Below, one piece after another: positions 50,388 to 63,706 of a stretch of 64,000 nt of DNA. A program made the translations under genes and the position numbers. The notes under the pieces were generated by a model. The model was not told the DNA's origin, did not search any database, and saw only the letters and a program-made list of their open reading frames with translations. The stretch spans positions 95,172,001 to 95,236,000 of the forward strand of contig CM052816.1 in assembly GCA_028534125.1 (NCBI GenBank), read 5' to 3'. Source of the stretch: Lama glama. Taxonomy: Eukaryota. Every line of letters starts with the position of its first letter. Positions within the stretch are counted from its first letter, which is position 1.

Positions 50388-51524
50388 ACAGTTTTATAAC
50401 AACAACTGTAAACAACTATAGAAAAGAACCGTCTTTGAAGAGGGGAGAGGGGAAGTGGACAGAAAAAACAGGAGCTGACAAACAGCCAAGGGAGAGACTA
50501 AGGCAGCAAGATAAACATACGAACCCCACAGGCAGATGGCACAATAACAGAGTAATTCCCCATCACACAGAACAAACGAGACATCACCCATACCCGACTA
50601 CACGAACAAATTCTACCATTTGTAGTATAATTTTTAAAGTTCAGAGCCAAGAGACTTCAGTTACTTGAAAATCCAGTTTCTACAAAACGCCTTTCTCCAT
50701 GATAATACCACCAACAGGAGCAGGAGAAAGATGATGTGGTTTTATGAAAGAACTTAAGAACTGCGGTCCTCTAAAGATACACTACATTTCTAAAAAGCTA
50801 CCATGTGTTACCACGATCATGGGCATAATTTGTTGGGTAAACGTATTAGGCATTATTTCATTAATCTCATTTATGATTAAGAACCATGACAAGGAAGGAA
50901 ATCCAGGATGGAAATTTGATCTTTGTTCGTCACTCCCAGGTCCTCAGCTCTAAGAACATAGCCGAGCTGACATCTACTTGTTGAATAAATGAATGAGTAC
51001 TAGGTCTTCAGTAAACAGTTTCTTCCTAGACGGTAAATGGATTTGAGTGTTGCACTCCCACGTTCAAAGGTGAGGGTGTGGCCGGGGCCCCATGGACAGC
51101 AGGCAATGTCCACCCACCGGGCACACACACTGACAGGCATCGCGCCTGCAGAGCTGGAAGGCAAAAGAGCCCAGCAAGGACAATCACAGAAACACTGGCA
51201 AATAATTCTCACCAAAATCATCAATTGGTAAACATGGCATTGGTCTTCTGTATCTCCGAAAACATTTGCAGATGTGGGTTACAGGGCGTTTTACTCTGTC
51301 TAAGAATTGTTTCCAGGTCCCTTGAGGCGAGTTTACAATTGGGATAGCTAATGAGGTTGAAGGAAGAGGGTCTTGATAGGAGGTTATCAGCAAAGTCCAG
51401 ACTCTCGGGAGAAGGACTGTTTGTGAGCCTGGAAACTTGTCCTGTCCGACGAACATTATAAAACAGCTGCTAGGCTGGCCTTCTGAAACTAAAGCTACAG
51501 CAAAGTTTTCCTTCATTAACTTTA

Positions 51525-51692
51525 GTGTATTCTTTCTTTTTTTTCTGAATTTTTTGTCTGTTTGTTTTTTGGTGTTGGGGAGGGTAATTGGGTTTATTTA
51601 CTTATTTATTTTTAATGGAGGTACTGGGGATTGAGCCCAGGACCATAGGCATGCCAGGCATGCACTCAACCGCTGAGCTATATCCTCTCCAC
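51525..51692 (-). mobile_element. tRNA-Ala-derived SINE (Vic-1-like)
   Basis: Reverse strand reads gaggatatagctcagcggttgagtgcatgcctggcatg..ggtcctgggctcaatccccagtacctccatt..aataaacccaattaccc; TAACTTTA on both flanks. Confidence 0.85.
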
Positions 51693-52909
51693 TCCTTTGC
51701 TAACTTTAAAGGCAAATTAATATCAGGGCCCAAGAAAAGAATATTCTCCTTGGGAGTGAAGATGGGAATCCAGGACAAAAAGAAATCGTAGTGTTTGGGT
51801 ACAGCAAATACAGTGGCATAAGAGGGCTGAGGTCCCCGTGAGGGACTGGCTTCCCTGTTCAGCCTCACCTGGCGATCCAGACACACAGACCAGAGCCCAC
51901 AGAAGTCCGACTCAGATTTTCCATTCTGACAGTCTTCTGAAAACACCTTCTCGCCAACTATTCTCCCAACGAGATTTCAAAGAGGAGGGGTATCTTATAA
52001 ATGCCTTAACAATTCTAATTTCCCCTGATAGCAGTTCATTATTTCAACATAGTCGAGAAAATTGGTGGGTGGGCTACAAGCCTAGCTCCACAGGCAGAAA
52101 TCCTTTCCACGGCCGTAACATGGAATGAGCGTGTAAGAGGGCACCCCTGCAGGATGGGGAATCCTAACACAGCAGCTTGCGGGGAAGCCCAACCTTGCTG
52201 GTCTTAAATTCTTCACTGAGTTGTGAAAGGGTGATGTGAAGGCACATCCTTCCCGACTGAGTCTTAGAGCTGCTGAAAGAACTCAACAGCAAAGCCCCAG
52301 CAGCAAACTTCCTCTCTGAAGTGTCTCCCCAGCCATTCAGATTTGCATGCAGCTCACGTGATGTGACATCTCTTTCCCTTTAAATACACACACAAGACTA
52401 CCTAGGTGTGATTTTTAGTGTCTGGAGCTGGGTTACTCTCTGTGATGTGCTGTGAGAAGTCTGGAGGGTAAAGGGCTGGTGCAGAGGGGTGGGGAGTGGG
52501 TGTGACCACCTGGCCAGCAGGCAGGTCCCCGCGGGGTCATCCCACTGCAGGGTGTGGTCCCAGAACCTCTCAGTAGCTCACAGTAACAAACCCTATGCAG
52601 TATCCCACGCGTTGTTCCTGCAACAAATACTTGCCAAGGGCCGACCTGTGCGGGGCCCAGCTCGACACTGGAGAATGCAGGTGAACCGAACAGGCACAGC
52701 CCCGAATAACCTGCCAGCGCTGGACCACGGCTCTTCACGCGCCGTTCTGCGGCTAGCGCGCATGCGTGATATTGCGAACAAATTCCAGCATTGAGAAAAA
52801 ACAGAAAGTAACGTAAGGAACACCCATCTCATCGGCTACACGAACAAAGGCTAATATTTTGTCATAACTGCTTCAGGGTTCAGAAATCAACATTCCAGGA
52901 GGAATTCCC

Positions 52910-53960
52910 TTTAGCAGCTTTCCTCCCCAGAGGCAACCATTATTAGGTGATGATGTGATTTTGTTTTCGAATTTTTAGCTCGCATGCATATATCCATATA
53001 TAAGACATTAAATATAGAGTACTATTTTGTATTTTAAATATTTATGAAAAATAATATTTTCATGTACATATGAGCCTGAAACTTGATTTACTCAGTGCTG
53101 GATGTGCGATCTACCCAAATATTGGGCAAGTATCCTTGACTAGCACAGTACATCGCATGTGGGTCCCTCACAAGTCATTTATTGCTTGAATTTATAGACA
53201 TTGAAGTTGTTTCCAAAGTCCCCCAGCTCTAAATATGGGGCCCTGGAGTGAAAACCTTGATCTGTATCTCCTGGTGTGCCTCGGCTGGAGCGACCTTGGA
53301 ATCTGCACCTAGAAGTCAGGGTTTCTAGATCACAGAAATACTTTCTTTTGAAACGATGGCTCTTGAGTGTGAGGGGCAGTCCCGTGTATTGTAGGATGTT
53401 TCAGCTGCATCCCGGGCCTCCACTCACTAAATGCCAGTAGCATCCTTCACCCCCGTTGTGACAACCCAAAATGTCTCCAGGTACTGCCAAATGCCCCCTG
53501 GGGGGCAAAATCGCCCCCAGGCAAGAACCCTCACCCAAAGTGTACTAGCTGGGGGTAGCACGTGTGCCCAAATGGTCTCCAAAGTGATTGCAACTACTTA
53601 AACGTCACCATCGGTGTATGAAAGCTACAATTCTCTTCTTTCTCACCAATACCCAATACTGTGAGTAAATCCCGACTTTCAGTCTTCTCCAGTCGGAGGG
53701 GTACACACTGCTGTTGTGTTTTTAATTTGCATTCCCCCAACTGGCAGTCAGATTGAAGATCTTATACAATACGTGTACTGGTCACCCACATTTCTTCCTC
53801 CATGAGTGATTTATTTATGTCTTCTGCCTATTTCCTGTTGGTTTCTTTTCCTCATTGATCAGGTTGAGTCCTTTATACACTTGCGGTCAGCACCATTCAA
53901 CAGACACACCACAAATGTAAGCCACCTGTTTACTTTTAGCTTTTCTGGTGGCCACATTAG
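52910..53960 (-). mobile_element. Degenerate L1 (L1ME-like) remnant, interrupted by MER20
   Basis: ccccagaggcaaccattatt..tagacattgaagttgtttcca..ctccaaagtgattgcaacta..gtttttaatttgcattccc. Confidence 0.6.
53350..53532 (-). mobile_element. MER20
   Basis: gtcccgtgtattgtaggatgtttcagctgcatcccgggcctccactcactaaatgccagtagca..gttgtgacaacccaaaatgtctccagg..tgccaaatgccccctggggggcaaaatcgcccc. Confidence 0.85.
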
Positions 53961-55813
53961 GAGTCGTTACCTCAACAATGTCAAGCTTTAAATAAGATGG
54001 ACTCACAGAGAGTCTAGCAGAAAAGCAAGTAGTTGGCAGCTCCCCACCTAGTGTGTTCTGCAGCCCCAGGCAACCCTTACGATTCCTCAAAAACGTCCCT
54101 GTGGGCATTTCTCCGGTCTTTTCCACCAGTGCTGCTGTTGGCACGTAGAGGAGACGTACTCGCCCAAGTATGTGATGGACCATGAGGAGCTGGTGAAGGG
54201 ACACAACAAAAGAGCAAGGACAATCCGGTTGTGCAAAGCGCTAGAGTGTTCCCACATTAACTGCCTCTCCCTCCGCATAGGAGAATTGCCTCTACCGACT
54301 CTGAAGAGTGGCTCTGGACTCTCTGATTGGCTTTGGGTAATGAAACGTAAGCACACTGGCATGTTTCACTTCCAGGCAGATGCGTTAAGAGACGGAGCCG
54401 GATCTGCCCACATTCCCTTGTCCTCTGCTTTGTTTGACTCTCCTTGAAGCTCAGAGCTGGGTCTCTCTCGGCCTGGGTCTGTGAGGTCGTGGAGCACAGA
54501 GCCCCACCAGCTCCTGCAGCTGACCCCCAGGAGCATGAATGAATAAGCAGAACTGTTATTTTAAACCCCAGAGAGTTGGGGCTGTACGTAAACACAGCAA
54601 ACATACCTTACCCAAACATAACTCATATATATAGCATGCATAGGAGCCTATGTTTGCAAATGTGTCCAGGATTACTATTCATTTTTTCCCTTGGGAAGAG
54701 CTGTCCTTTAAGATTATGTTTTTGCTACTTGATTGAGCCTAAAATGTACTGTTGTTTATAAAATGATGGGGTTAGGCGTTTACGATTATCTTTTTAATTT
54801 CTTTCTTAGCCTGAAAAATTAGAATTTGGCATTTGTCATGCCGCATATTCCAAAAGCATCTTGCATGAGGCCAGTCCGCCACCCTGGGAACCACTGTTCC
54901 GTGGGTACCATTTAGTGCCTGAGTGTGGTGCCACCCAGGGATTCTGAACGCTAACAAGTCCCCGTGGTTGGGTTCTTCCCAGTGCCAGCCGTTGTGACTA
55001 CCCCTGCCTCGGTTTCCTTGCCTCCAAGCCTTGGCACCGGCAGTGGCCTCTGCCTGGAGCGCCCTCGCTCCCACCCCACCACCCCCATCGCCCAGCCTCT
55101 CTGTCACACAGCTGACCCTTCCGCATCTCTTGCTTCCAGCCTTTTTCTACCCGTTTTCTGAGGCTCTCATGGGGCTGCCTTGCACACTCCACTGCTCACT
55201 GGAAGGTGAGCTCAAAGTGGAGAGGGATCACATGTTTTAACTTTTCCCCAGTGCTCGACATCTGCAAGACACTCAGAAAGCATTTACTGAATGAACAAAA
55301 TGCCCCTGAGATGTGTCAGTACCTCCTCCCTCGAGCGAGTACTCAACTTACTCTGAACCGAGGCACTGACACATGGTGACATGGCTCCGCGTTTTTTATC
55401 TTACTTCCACCTTCAAGTAAGGAAATGACTTGAGGTCCCAAGAAAACCTCAAAGAAGACAGTTCCCTTTAATGTGGTGAGCATCACTCTAGGCTGGTGCT
55501 GCCAGATCTGGGGCTGAATGATACAGACAGGAAGCCAACAGCCAAACTCAAAGAAAACGCCACATTCCCCAAGAATTCCACAGCGAGGATTCATTTTAGG
55601 GGCACTGAAAGTACATCAAGGGACCTGCAACTGCAAAAAGCCTGGAAACCGCCCAAATATGCATCAAGAGATGACTGGCTAGTTAGACCCGCCGTCTGGC
55701 ACTACGTCAGCCCCAGTAGGAATGAGGTTAAAATGCATGTGCTGATGTGGCAAGATCGTCACAGGGTAGCATTATGTCAAAAACTGGTAATAGCCACAGG
55801 TCAGAAGACGGTA

Positions 55814-56130
55814 CATTCGGCCCTTCATACTCACAGGTTCCACAACCCCAGATTTAACCAACTGCAGATGGGAAATACTTGGGGAAAAAAATTCCAGAAA
55901 GTTCCAAAAGCAAAACTAGATTTGCCATGTCCTGGCAACTATTTACGTAATATTTACATTGAATTAAGTATTATAAGTAACCTAGAGATGATTTAACGTA
56001 TAAAGAAAGATTCCATAGGTAATATGCAAATACTGCACCATTTTATATAAGGAACTTGAGCATCTGTGCATTTGGGTATGGGGGTCGGGGGTCCTGGAAC
56101 CAATCCCCCTCAGATATCAATGGACAACTG
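55814..56130. mobile_element. MER2-like (TcMar-Tigger) non-autonomous DNA transposon
   Basis: TA-flanked, with imperfect TIRs cattcggccctt / atggacaactg. Internal ataagtaacctagagatgatttaa and atatgcaaatactgcaccattttatataagg. Confidence 0.85.
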
Positions 56131-57069
56131 TATATGATATGATCTCTCTTTGTGTGAACTTCTTAGATATGTGTGTGGCTCCTGCAATGGTGTTGTTCGT
56201 GAAAGATCTTTTACTTTTCTGAAAGAAGATATAAGAAATTTAATTGGCCATCTTCAATCCACATACTGTGAGCGAGGGGCCTTTAAAGCAGGATTCTTTT
56301 TTTTTTTCTTTTGAATCTGTTTCAGTGTCCTTTCAAGCCACACATATCTTTTCATTATACAAATAAAGTGATATTGGCATTGGGGTTACAGGTGATCCTT
56401 ACTTTTTGTTCATGCTTTCCTGCTTTAAATACAGAAATGCCTAGTAAGTTGCTTTAAATAAAGAAATAAAACAAACATTACTAAAGATAAAATGTATAAA
56501 GGTGTATCAGGAGAATTCTTTCAGCAGCAGGGCTCATCTTTAGATTAGGAGTGGATAAAATTAAGGTTGTCATAACTCAAAACAATCCCCCTATAGACTA
56601 AATTTTGCATAAAATATGAATTTTGCATAGAATGTGAATAGTTATTATTACCACTGCAAACCTCTTGTTTGGGTTTCTAACTTTAGATAGTTAATGATAT
56701 GAGGAAACTATTTTGTTCAGCAATCATCTCTCCTGAAATCCAGTTTTATATACATCTTGCCAAGTAAGTCTAATTCTAATTTTATACACTCCTAATCCAA
56801 AGACTGTGTATCTCAGAATCGCGTCTAATTTCCCCAAGTCATTACTGGCTGTGTTTGTCACACAGCCACCTTACAAGCATTCAGTATTGGAAAGCCACAC
56901 CGTTAACTAACAGTTGGTCTGAAGTTAGCACTTGGCAGTAATATGTTCCGCTCAGCACTTACTCACTTAACCTTTCTGAAGTTAAGCTTGGGATTTTCAC
57001 AACAGATACACAAAGCTCAACAGAGAACTTAGAAGAGAAAGAACAGTAGGAAGAGCAAAATACATAGAA

Positions 57070-57378
57070 AAATGAATGAACAGAAACCGCCCTCTCCGAT
57101 GAGCAAGAGCCCCCGCAGCGGTGTGCTGCCCCCGCAAGAAGCGGGGACTTCTCTGCACACGAGGGAAGCGGTCCTCCAGCCCCGGTCAAGCCTTCCGATT
57201 ATACAGCCCCAGCGGACATCTGACGGCAACCTCATGAGAGACCTTGGCTCAAAACTGCCCAGCCAAGTTGCTCCTGAATTCCTGAGCCTCAGAAACCATG
57301 AAAGAAAATAAATACTAACCATCTTCTAAGCTACTATATTTTGGGGTGACGTCAGAAAGCGTCAGATAAATACTACAA
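57070..57378 (+). mobile_element. Old MaLR LTR remnant (MLT1E/F-like)
   Basis: cctccagccccggtcaagccttccgat..gcaacctcatgagagacc..ctcctgaattcctga..cagaaac..ctaagctactatattttggggt. Confidence 0.6.
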
Positions 57379-57839
57379 ACACCAGCAAGTCCCAAGGATG
57401 CACTATCCAAAATCTAACCGCAACCTTCTGCGCCCCACACATCTTAATAACAACTTACGTTAATAAACCGATCCTGGGAACTGGATCCTTGGATTCAGGT
57501 TGAACACATGCTTATACAAAGAAATATGTAATTAAATAAAATGTACTAGTATTTCACTAATAACCAACCGTTGAGATCTACCAGTTAGTTTACTAGTTAC
57601 AGTGAGATATAATTCATGCTACATACCAACAAGAAAATGTCCCCTCTGGGCTTAAGTCAGGACTCATTATATTCTCAGAAGACAATGAGAACAATGCTAC
57701 TTTTTCCTTTTTTCAAAGATGTTCTCCTTTTGAAGTTAAAAAAAAAAGAAAGAACATGTTTTATCATATAATTTTATATGTTACCAAACATAAAGAATTT
57801 CAGTCATAAGGAAGGCTTAAATTATAATATAAAATTAAG

Positions 57840-57903
57840 TATATATTTTATATTATATATATATATAGTGTATGTGTGTGTGTGTGTATATATATATATA
57901 TAG
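57840..57903. repeat. (TA)n(TG)n(TA)n microsatellite
   Basis: Directly visible. Confidence 0.9.
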
Positions 57904-59199
57904 ATACACTTTAATAAACTAGTCTGTAAAATTATGTATCAACAATGCATGAAAAGAAACTAGAAAGAAATGCACCAAGGTTTCAGTAGTGATTGATTCT
58001 GGATAATGACAGTATAGGTGACTTCTTTTTCTTTATACTTTTCTGTAATAAAAAGTCCCATTTTTTTCCAACCCTGAACTTACTTCTGTGTAAGAATCAG
58101 AAAATGTAAAAATTTTAAGAAAAGGAAAATTCTGATAAGCTCCCCAGTCTCCTGCTCCTTCAACTGCAAAAGCAGTCACTGGCAAGTTCGTAGGCTGGGA
58201 GGAAACAGCACGAAGCAAGAGAAAGCTGCGGCTTGCCCTTTTCTGGAAAGAACTGGAGAGAGTTTAAATAAATCTACATCAAGCAAGCAATCAGTAAATG
58301 AAAACGAGTCAGACCTCTTAGGATCTGTAGGTTGTGATCAGCTTTACGAACTTCTTGCAAAAACACTCCATAAAGTTTCAAGAAAAGAATCCAAATTGTC
58401 TATGACATCGGCCTCAAAGAATTGAAATCCCTGTTATTTAACCTACTCTGCCAAGTGTTTCTCACTCCAAAGCTCCCGCCCTGCCTTTCTGCTGTGGGCT
58501 TTCAGACAACAGCATGTTCTACTCGTAATAAACAAAACTCTCCTTTTTTCAAGGCAATTTTTCAGATATTAGGTCTGTAATGTACAAACACTGGTTTGGG
58601 TTACACAGAAAGCAGGGTCAGCCCAGGCCACTCAAAGTGGGAGTCCCTGGACCAGCAGCAGGTACCTGGGAGCCTGGGACAGATGCAGAACGTTGGGCTC
58701 CAGCCCAGACCTAGTGGATCAGAGCCTGTATTGTCACAAGCCCACAGCAGGTCTACAGAACGTAACGTGTGAGGACCACCAGGATGCAGGCTGGGGCTCT
58801 CAGATGGATAGTGGTGGTGGCCGTCACTACACCTGGGAGCCTCGGGTACAGACTTCTCAGTCACCTCTTCGGGGATGCCAGAAACAGAGCTCAGCTTGCT
58901 TTTCTGGTTCCTTTTCATTTTGATTGTATCAAATTCTCACCCAGTCCTAGCCCAGGTGCCAAGAGCATCCTGTCAAATGCCGCCCGACTGGTCTTGTCTG
59001 CCCCCTGCTCCCTGATCCTTCCCCCTGAGTCATTCCTGGTCCCACCAGGCAGGCCTCTTGTCCTGGGTTGGGATGGAGAGGGCCACAGAGAGAAGGTGAG
59101 ATCACAAGATTTGGGGGTTTGTGTTCTTCCTACAATGTGTAACAGAACAAATGCAATGGAAAGCAGGCTCCCGGGGGAGGGGGTCACACTGTTTTCAGA

Positions 59200-59720
59200 A
59201 CTCCTCCGTCAACCATGAGCATACGGTCGCCATCCAGCAAGCCGGTACTGCTGGTCTACAGGTACCTGGGCTGGGCGTTGAGAAGACAAAGATGAACTTT
59301 GAAATCAGACAGTCCTACCCCTTAGGAAATTCAGTCTGAGGAAAGAGACAGGAAAGCCAACAATGATCAGGAGCCCTGCCCCAGGGACGGGAGGGCAGAG
59401 GACTGGAAACAGGTCCAGGCTGGGGGAAAAGCCAGCACGCACCCAGCTGGGCCTTTCAGCCAAAGGCAGGGAGCCCAGGGTGCCAGGGAGGATGGGGTAG
59501 TGGTCCAGGTGTCTGACAAGCACGTACCAGGGCTGGGAGCTGACGACTTGTGGACAAGGGAGGAAGTCACAAGTAGATTCACCCACTGCCCACAGAGGAG
59601 GTGACAGGTCAGAAAGTCACGAGGGTTGGCATGGAGGGCTAAGGAGTCTGAATTGGGGCTGAAGATAGCAGAGAACCACTCAAGGTCTTAAGCAGGGGGC
59701 GTCATGATCAGATTTTCTTT
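59200..59720 (-). mobile_element. L2 remnant
   Basis: aaagatgaac..agacagtcctaccccttaggaaattcagtctgagg..ggtcttaagcagggggcgtcatgatcagatttt. Confidence 0.5.
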
Positions 59721-60039
59721 CTAAAACCTCCCGTTCAGGTGGGAGGAGGGGTGGAAGGGGAGAGCCTCCCCATTTCTTCTTTCTATTTCCAAAATATTCG
59801 TTAAATATGTGCCCTCCCCACTCGCCTTTTTAAACTGATTTGGCAACTCCTTTGTAATGTAAGAAGTGACTGAAACTGACATCTGTCTGTCTGACTCATA
59901 GCTGTCAGGGCGGACGGCTTCAACAGAACATTCTGGGCTTAGGGATGTCTGTTCTCCAGGTGTTCACTCATATCTTCTAACTTGATTTTTTTTAATGTAA
60001 AAATTTAAATTATAACCTTTCCAAATGTGAAGGTTCTTG

Positions 60040-61890
60040 ATACCATTAGTCATCAGGGAAAGGCAAATTAAACCCACACTGAGATACCTCCATACACCCA
60101 CGAGGATGACTAAAATTAAAAAGACTGACAATACCCAATGCTGGCGAGGGTGTGGGACTCCCAGCAGATGGGAGTGTAAAACAGAACGACCATGTCGGAA
60201 AACTGGCAGTTTCTAATAAAATGCATCACGTGCCGACCTTATGATCCAGCAATTCCACTCACAGGTATGTTCTCAAGAGAAATAAAGTCATATCCACCGG
60301 TGTGCAAGAATGTTGATGGAAGCTTGAAATTGCAAACAACCCAAATATTCATCACCAGGGGACTGGATAAGCACGCTCTGCTATGCTCAACCTTAGAAAT
60401 ACGACTCAGCAACCAAAAAGCAACCGGTTGATACAGGCAACAATACCAACAGATCTCATTACATGGAATGAAATAAGAGAGACACAAAAAAGTACGTGCT
60501 GTCTGATTCCACTCAATGAAATCCAAGGACAGGCAGAATTGCTCTGTGGTGATAAAAAAACAGTGAAGGGGATTTTACACGAGAGGAACTTCTAGGGTAG
60601 TGAAGTTATGCATTCCTCTGTGTGCAAACTGTATCTCAATAAAGTAACAATAACATAAAACAATGGCCAAAGACATACAAACGGCCCAAACCACAATGAG
60701 ACACCACGCGACATCCTAGAAGCCTATTCGGATGGCTATAATTTAAAAAAAGAAAAAAGAAAAAGAAGGTAAGTGTTGGAAAGGCTGTGGAGAAATTAGA
60801 ACCCTTGGGCACTGCTGATAGGAATACAAATAGTGCAGAAAACAGTTTGGTCATTACTCAGAAAGCTAAACATAGAATTATCATAATGACTCGGCAATTC
60901 CACCCCGAGGTACACACCCGAAGGAATTTAAAGCAGGGACTCAGACAGGTACTTGTACAGCCATGTTCACTGTGACGTTATTCACAGTAGTCAATAGTTA
61001 GGAACAACCTGTGCCCATTAACAGGTGAGAGGATACACAAAATGGGGTACCTCCATATAATGGACTATTATTCCTTTAAAATAAGTAATTAAATTCTGAT
61101 ACCATGCTACAGTATGGATGGTCCTTGAAGACATTATGCTAAGACACAAAAGGATGCATATTGTATGAGTCCCTTTACGTGAAATATCCAGAATAGACAA
61201 ACTCAGAGAGACAGAAAGTAGATTAGAGGCTATCAAAACTAGGGGGAGTAGGACATGAGGAGTTATTGCTTAATGCTTATAGGGTTTCTGTTTGGGGCGA
61301 TGACAATGTTTTGAAAATAAATAGCAGGGACAGTTGCACCAGATTATGAATGTAAGTCATGCCACGGAATTGTAAGCTGGGTACAATGGTTAAAGCAGGG
61401 AGTTTTATGTTATATATTTTATGCATGAAATTTTTTTCATAATGGGATATGCCAAAAAACATTTAGTTCTAGAGCTTAAATGGAAAATTACATGGTGTAT
61501 GAATTACACCTCAACAAAACTGTTAAAAATGGGGGAGAAAAGAGAAAAGAAAGCAACTTGGTGATACACACAATGTGAATAGACCTCAAAACCATTATGT
61601 GCTGCATGGACGGAGCCTGGCTCCAGAGCACACACTGTGGGATGCCACTGACGTGCCAGTGCTGGCGAAACTGTCCGGTGGTGACAGAAATCTGATCACC
61701 GGTTGCCTCTGATGGGCAGGGCCTGGGCAGAAGGGCGGAGAGGAAATTTAGGATGGTGATGCAAATGTTCTTTGTCTTGGGGTGTGGAGGTGGGGGGACA
61801 GTGACTGCACAAACGCATGAATTGGTCAAAAGTCATCCAGCTGTCCACTTAGAATTTGCATACTGTACTAAATTAAATTACACCTCAATA
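60040..61890 (+). mobile_element. Cluster of L1M 3' fragments
   Basis: Several L1 ORF2-end and 3' UTR copies (cattagtcatcagggaaaggcaaattaaacccacactgagatacc; aaaccacaatgagacaccac; gaaatatccagaatagacaaactcagagagacagaaagtagattag). Confidence 0.8.
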
Positions 61891-62607
61891 AACAGCTCTT
61901 GCCATAAAATACGGTTAAAAGCAACAAGGCATGGATAGTGCTGGGAAGGGCGTGGAAGAGCAGGACCAGAGGTGGGAAACCCACTTGCAGCCGCCCATCA
62001 GTTGCCCAGGTGGAGAGAACTCCACTGAGTCAGGCGGGGGCCTCCAGGGGCTGAGAGGGAAACAACCCCGAAGTGATCGGGCAGGAGTGACAGGTGGGTG
62101 TGGGAGGTGAAAAAGGAGGGGTGATTGGCTTCTGACCTGGGGGCCCTAAGAAAATTTCAAAGTCATCTTCCAAAAAAAGAAACAGCAAGAAAACCCAGTC
62201 TTCTTGGCAAACAAAGGAGGACCCAGAAATCTGACGTCAGTTAAGAGAAGAATCACACATATACGCAAGAGATATGCAACTTGAATCAAGGGTTCGTAGT
62301 AGAAAGTGTAGTTAATTTCAAAGGGTACTGGTGCATATGAAGTCGTTTCATTGGTTTGTTTTGGTTTGCTTTTTTTTTCTGGCCGGGAGCAGTTTGTCTG
62401 ACTTTTATGACAAAAACAATCTGTTCCCTCAGGTACATGCAAAACAGGATCACCTCTAGCCCCTTCCATGAGTCAGTGAGTGCAGTTCCTCTGGTGGCAG
62501 GGAACAGATTTGGGGACCCTCTTCTGCCCTGGCACCTCCATCGCCTCTGGCCTGGGTTCCTACCGCACACCTGCCCATTCAGTAAGAAGGTAAAAAATGA
62601 ACAATGG

Positions 62608-62731
62608 TGGGGGAGGGTCTAGCTCGGTGGTAGAGCGCGTGCTTAGCATGCACGAGGTCCTGGGTTCAATCCCCAGCACCTCCATTAAACATGAATAAAC
62701 CTAATTACCTCTACCCTCCAACAAAAAAAAA
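62608..62731 (+). mobile_element. tRNA-Ala(AGC)-derived SINE (Vic-1-like), best-preserved copy, with TSD
   Basis: Intact A box (TAGCTCGGTGG) and B box (GGTTCAATCC), family tail aataaacctaattacct, poly-A. AACAATGG is duplicated at 62600-62607 and 62732-62739. Confidence 0.92.
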
Positions 62732-63034
62732 AACAATGGACAGATTTCCCGGGTCATAATCATCCATCATCCAGATGGTGGTAGCTAGAAAAGACAGGAC
62801 AAAATATCCAGTTGGGGTACAGGGATGAGCCCAGAAAGGTGGCATTGCATCGCAGGCACTGATGAACCTCTGAGGATTCCTTTCATCTCCGGAGGGGCCG
62901 TCAGTGACCCACCCCCGCCGACCACAACCTCAGCACATCCCGCCCTCCAGACCCCTTTTTCTGAGAACAAGTCTTGCTCCCCTCAGGGGTCTGAGCCACC
63001 AGTTCTCTCCCTCATCCACCTACTAACTGCCTGC

Positions 63035-63407
63035 CGTGGGTCCCCCAAAATAGATGTGCCCCAGTTCTAACCCCTGGTACCTGTGAACATGACCTTGTTT
63101 GGAAATACAGTCTTTGCAGATGGAATTTGGTTAAGAAACTTGAGATGAGGTCATCCTGGAGATGTGAGACACAGACACACAGAAGGGGAAGCCGGGCAAG
63201 GACGGAGGCAGAGACTGGAGTGATGCGGCCACCAGCCAAGAACACCCGGAGCCAGCAGAGGCTGCAAGAGGCAAGGAAGGACCCTCCCCTCGGGTCTTCG
63301 GAGGGAGCATGAACCTGCTGTCTCCTTTTTTAAGTTGAAGTTTAGTCGATTTACCATATTGTGTTCATTTCTGATGTACAGCATAGTGATTCAGTTATAT
63401 ATATATG

Positions 63408-63457
<50 letters not shown>

Positions 63458-63706
63458 TTTTTCATTATAGGCTATTACAAGATATTGAATATATTTCCCT
63501 GGGCTCTACAGTAGGACCTTGTTTATCTATTTTACATATAGTAGTTTGTATTTGCTAATCCCAAACTCCCACATAACCCTCCCCCTCAAAACTGCTATCA
63601 CTTTGATTCTGGATTTCTAGACTTCAGATCTGTGAGAGGATAAATTTCTGTTGTTTAAATCACCAAATTTGTGATAATTTGCTATGACAAATAGGAAACT
63701 GATACA
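63035..63706 (+). mobile_element. MaLR solo LTR (MLT1B/C-like) interrupted by an antisense L1 3' end (~63325-63586) that carries a (TA)n tract
   Basis: gtcccccaaaatagatgtg..ctaacccctggtacctgtgaacatgaccttgtttggaaata..gtctttgcagat ... ctgtgagaggataaatttctgttgtttaa..aggaaactgataca. Confidence 0.85.

Noticed and set aside
62613..62684. Apparent tRNA-Ala(AGC) gene
   Set aside because: The acceptor stem has two mismatches (GAGGGTC vs CACCTCC). It is followed by the SINE family tail and poly-A rather than a T-run terminator, and it has a TSD, so it is a SINE.
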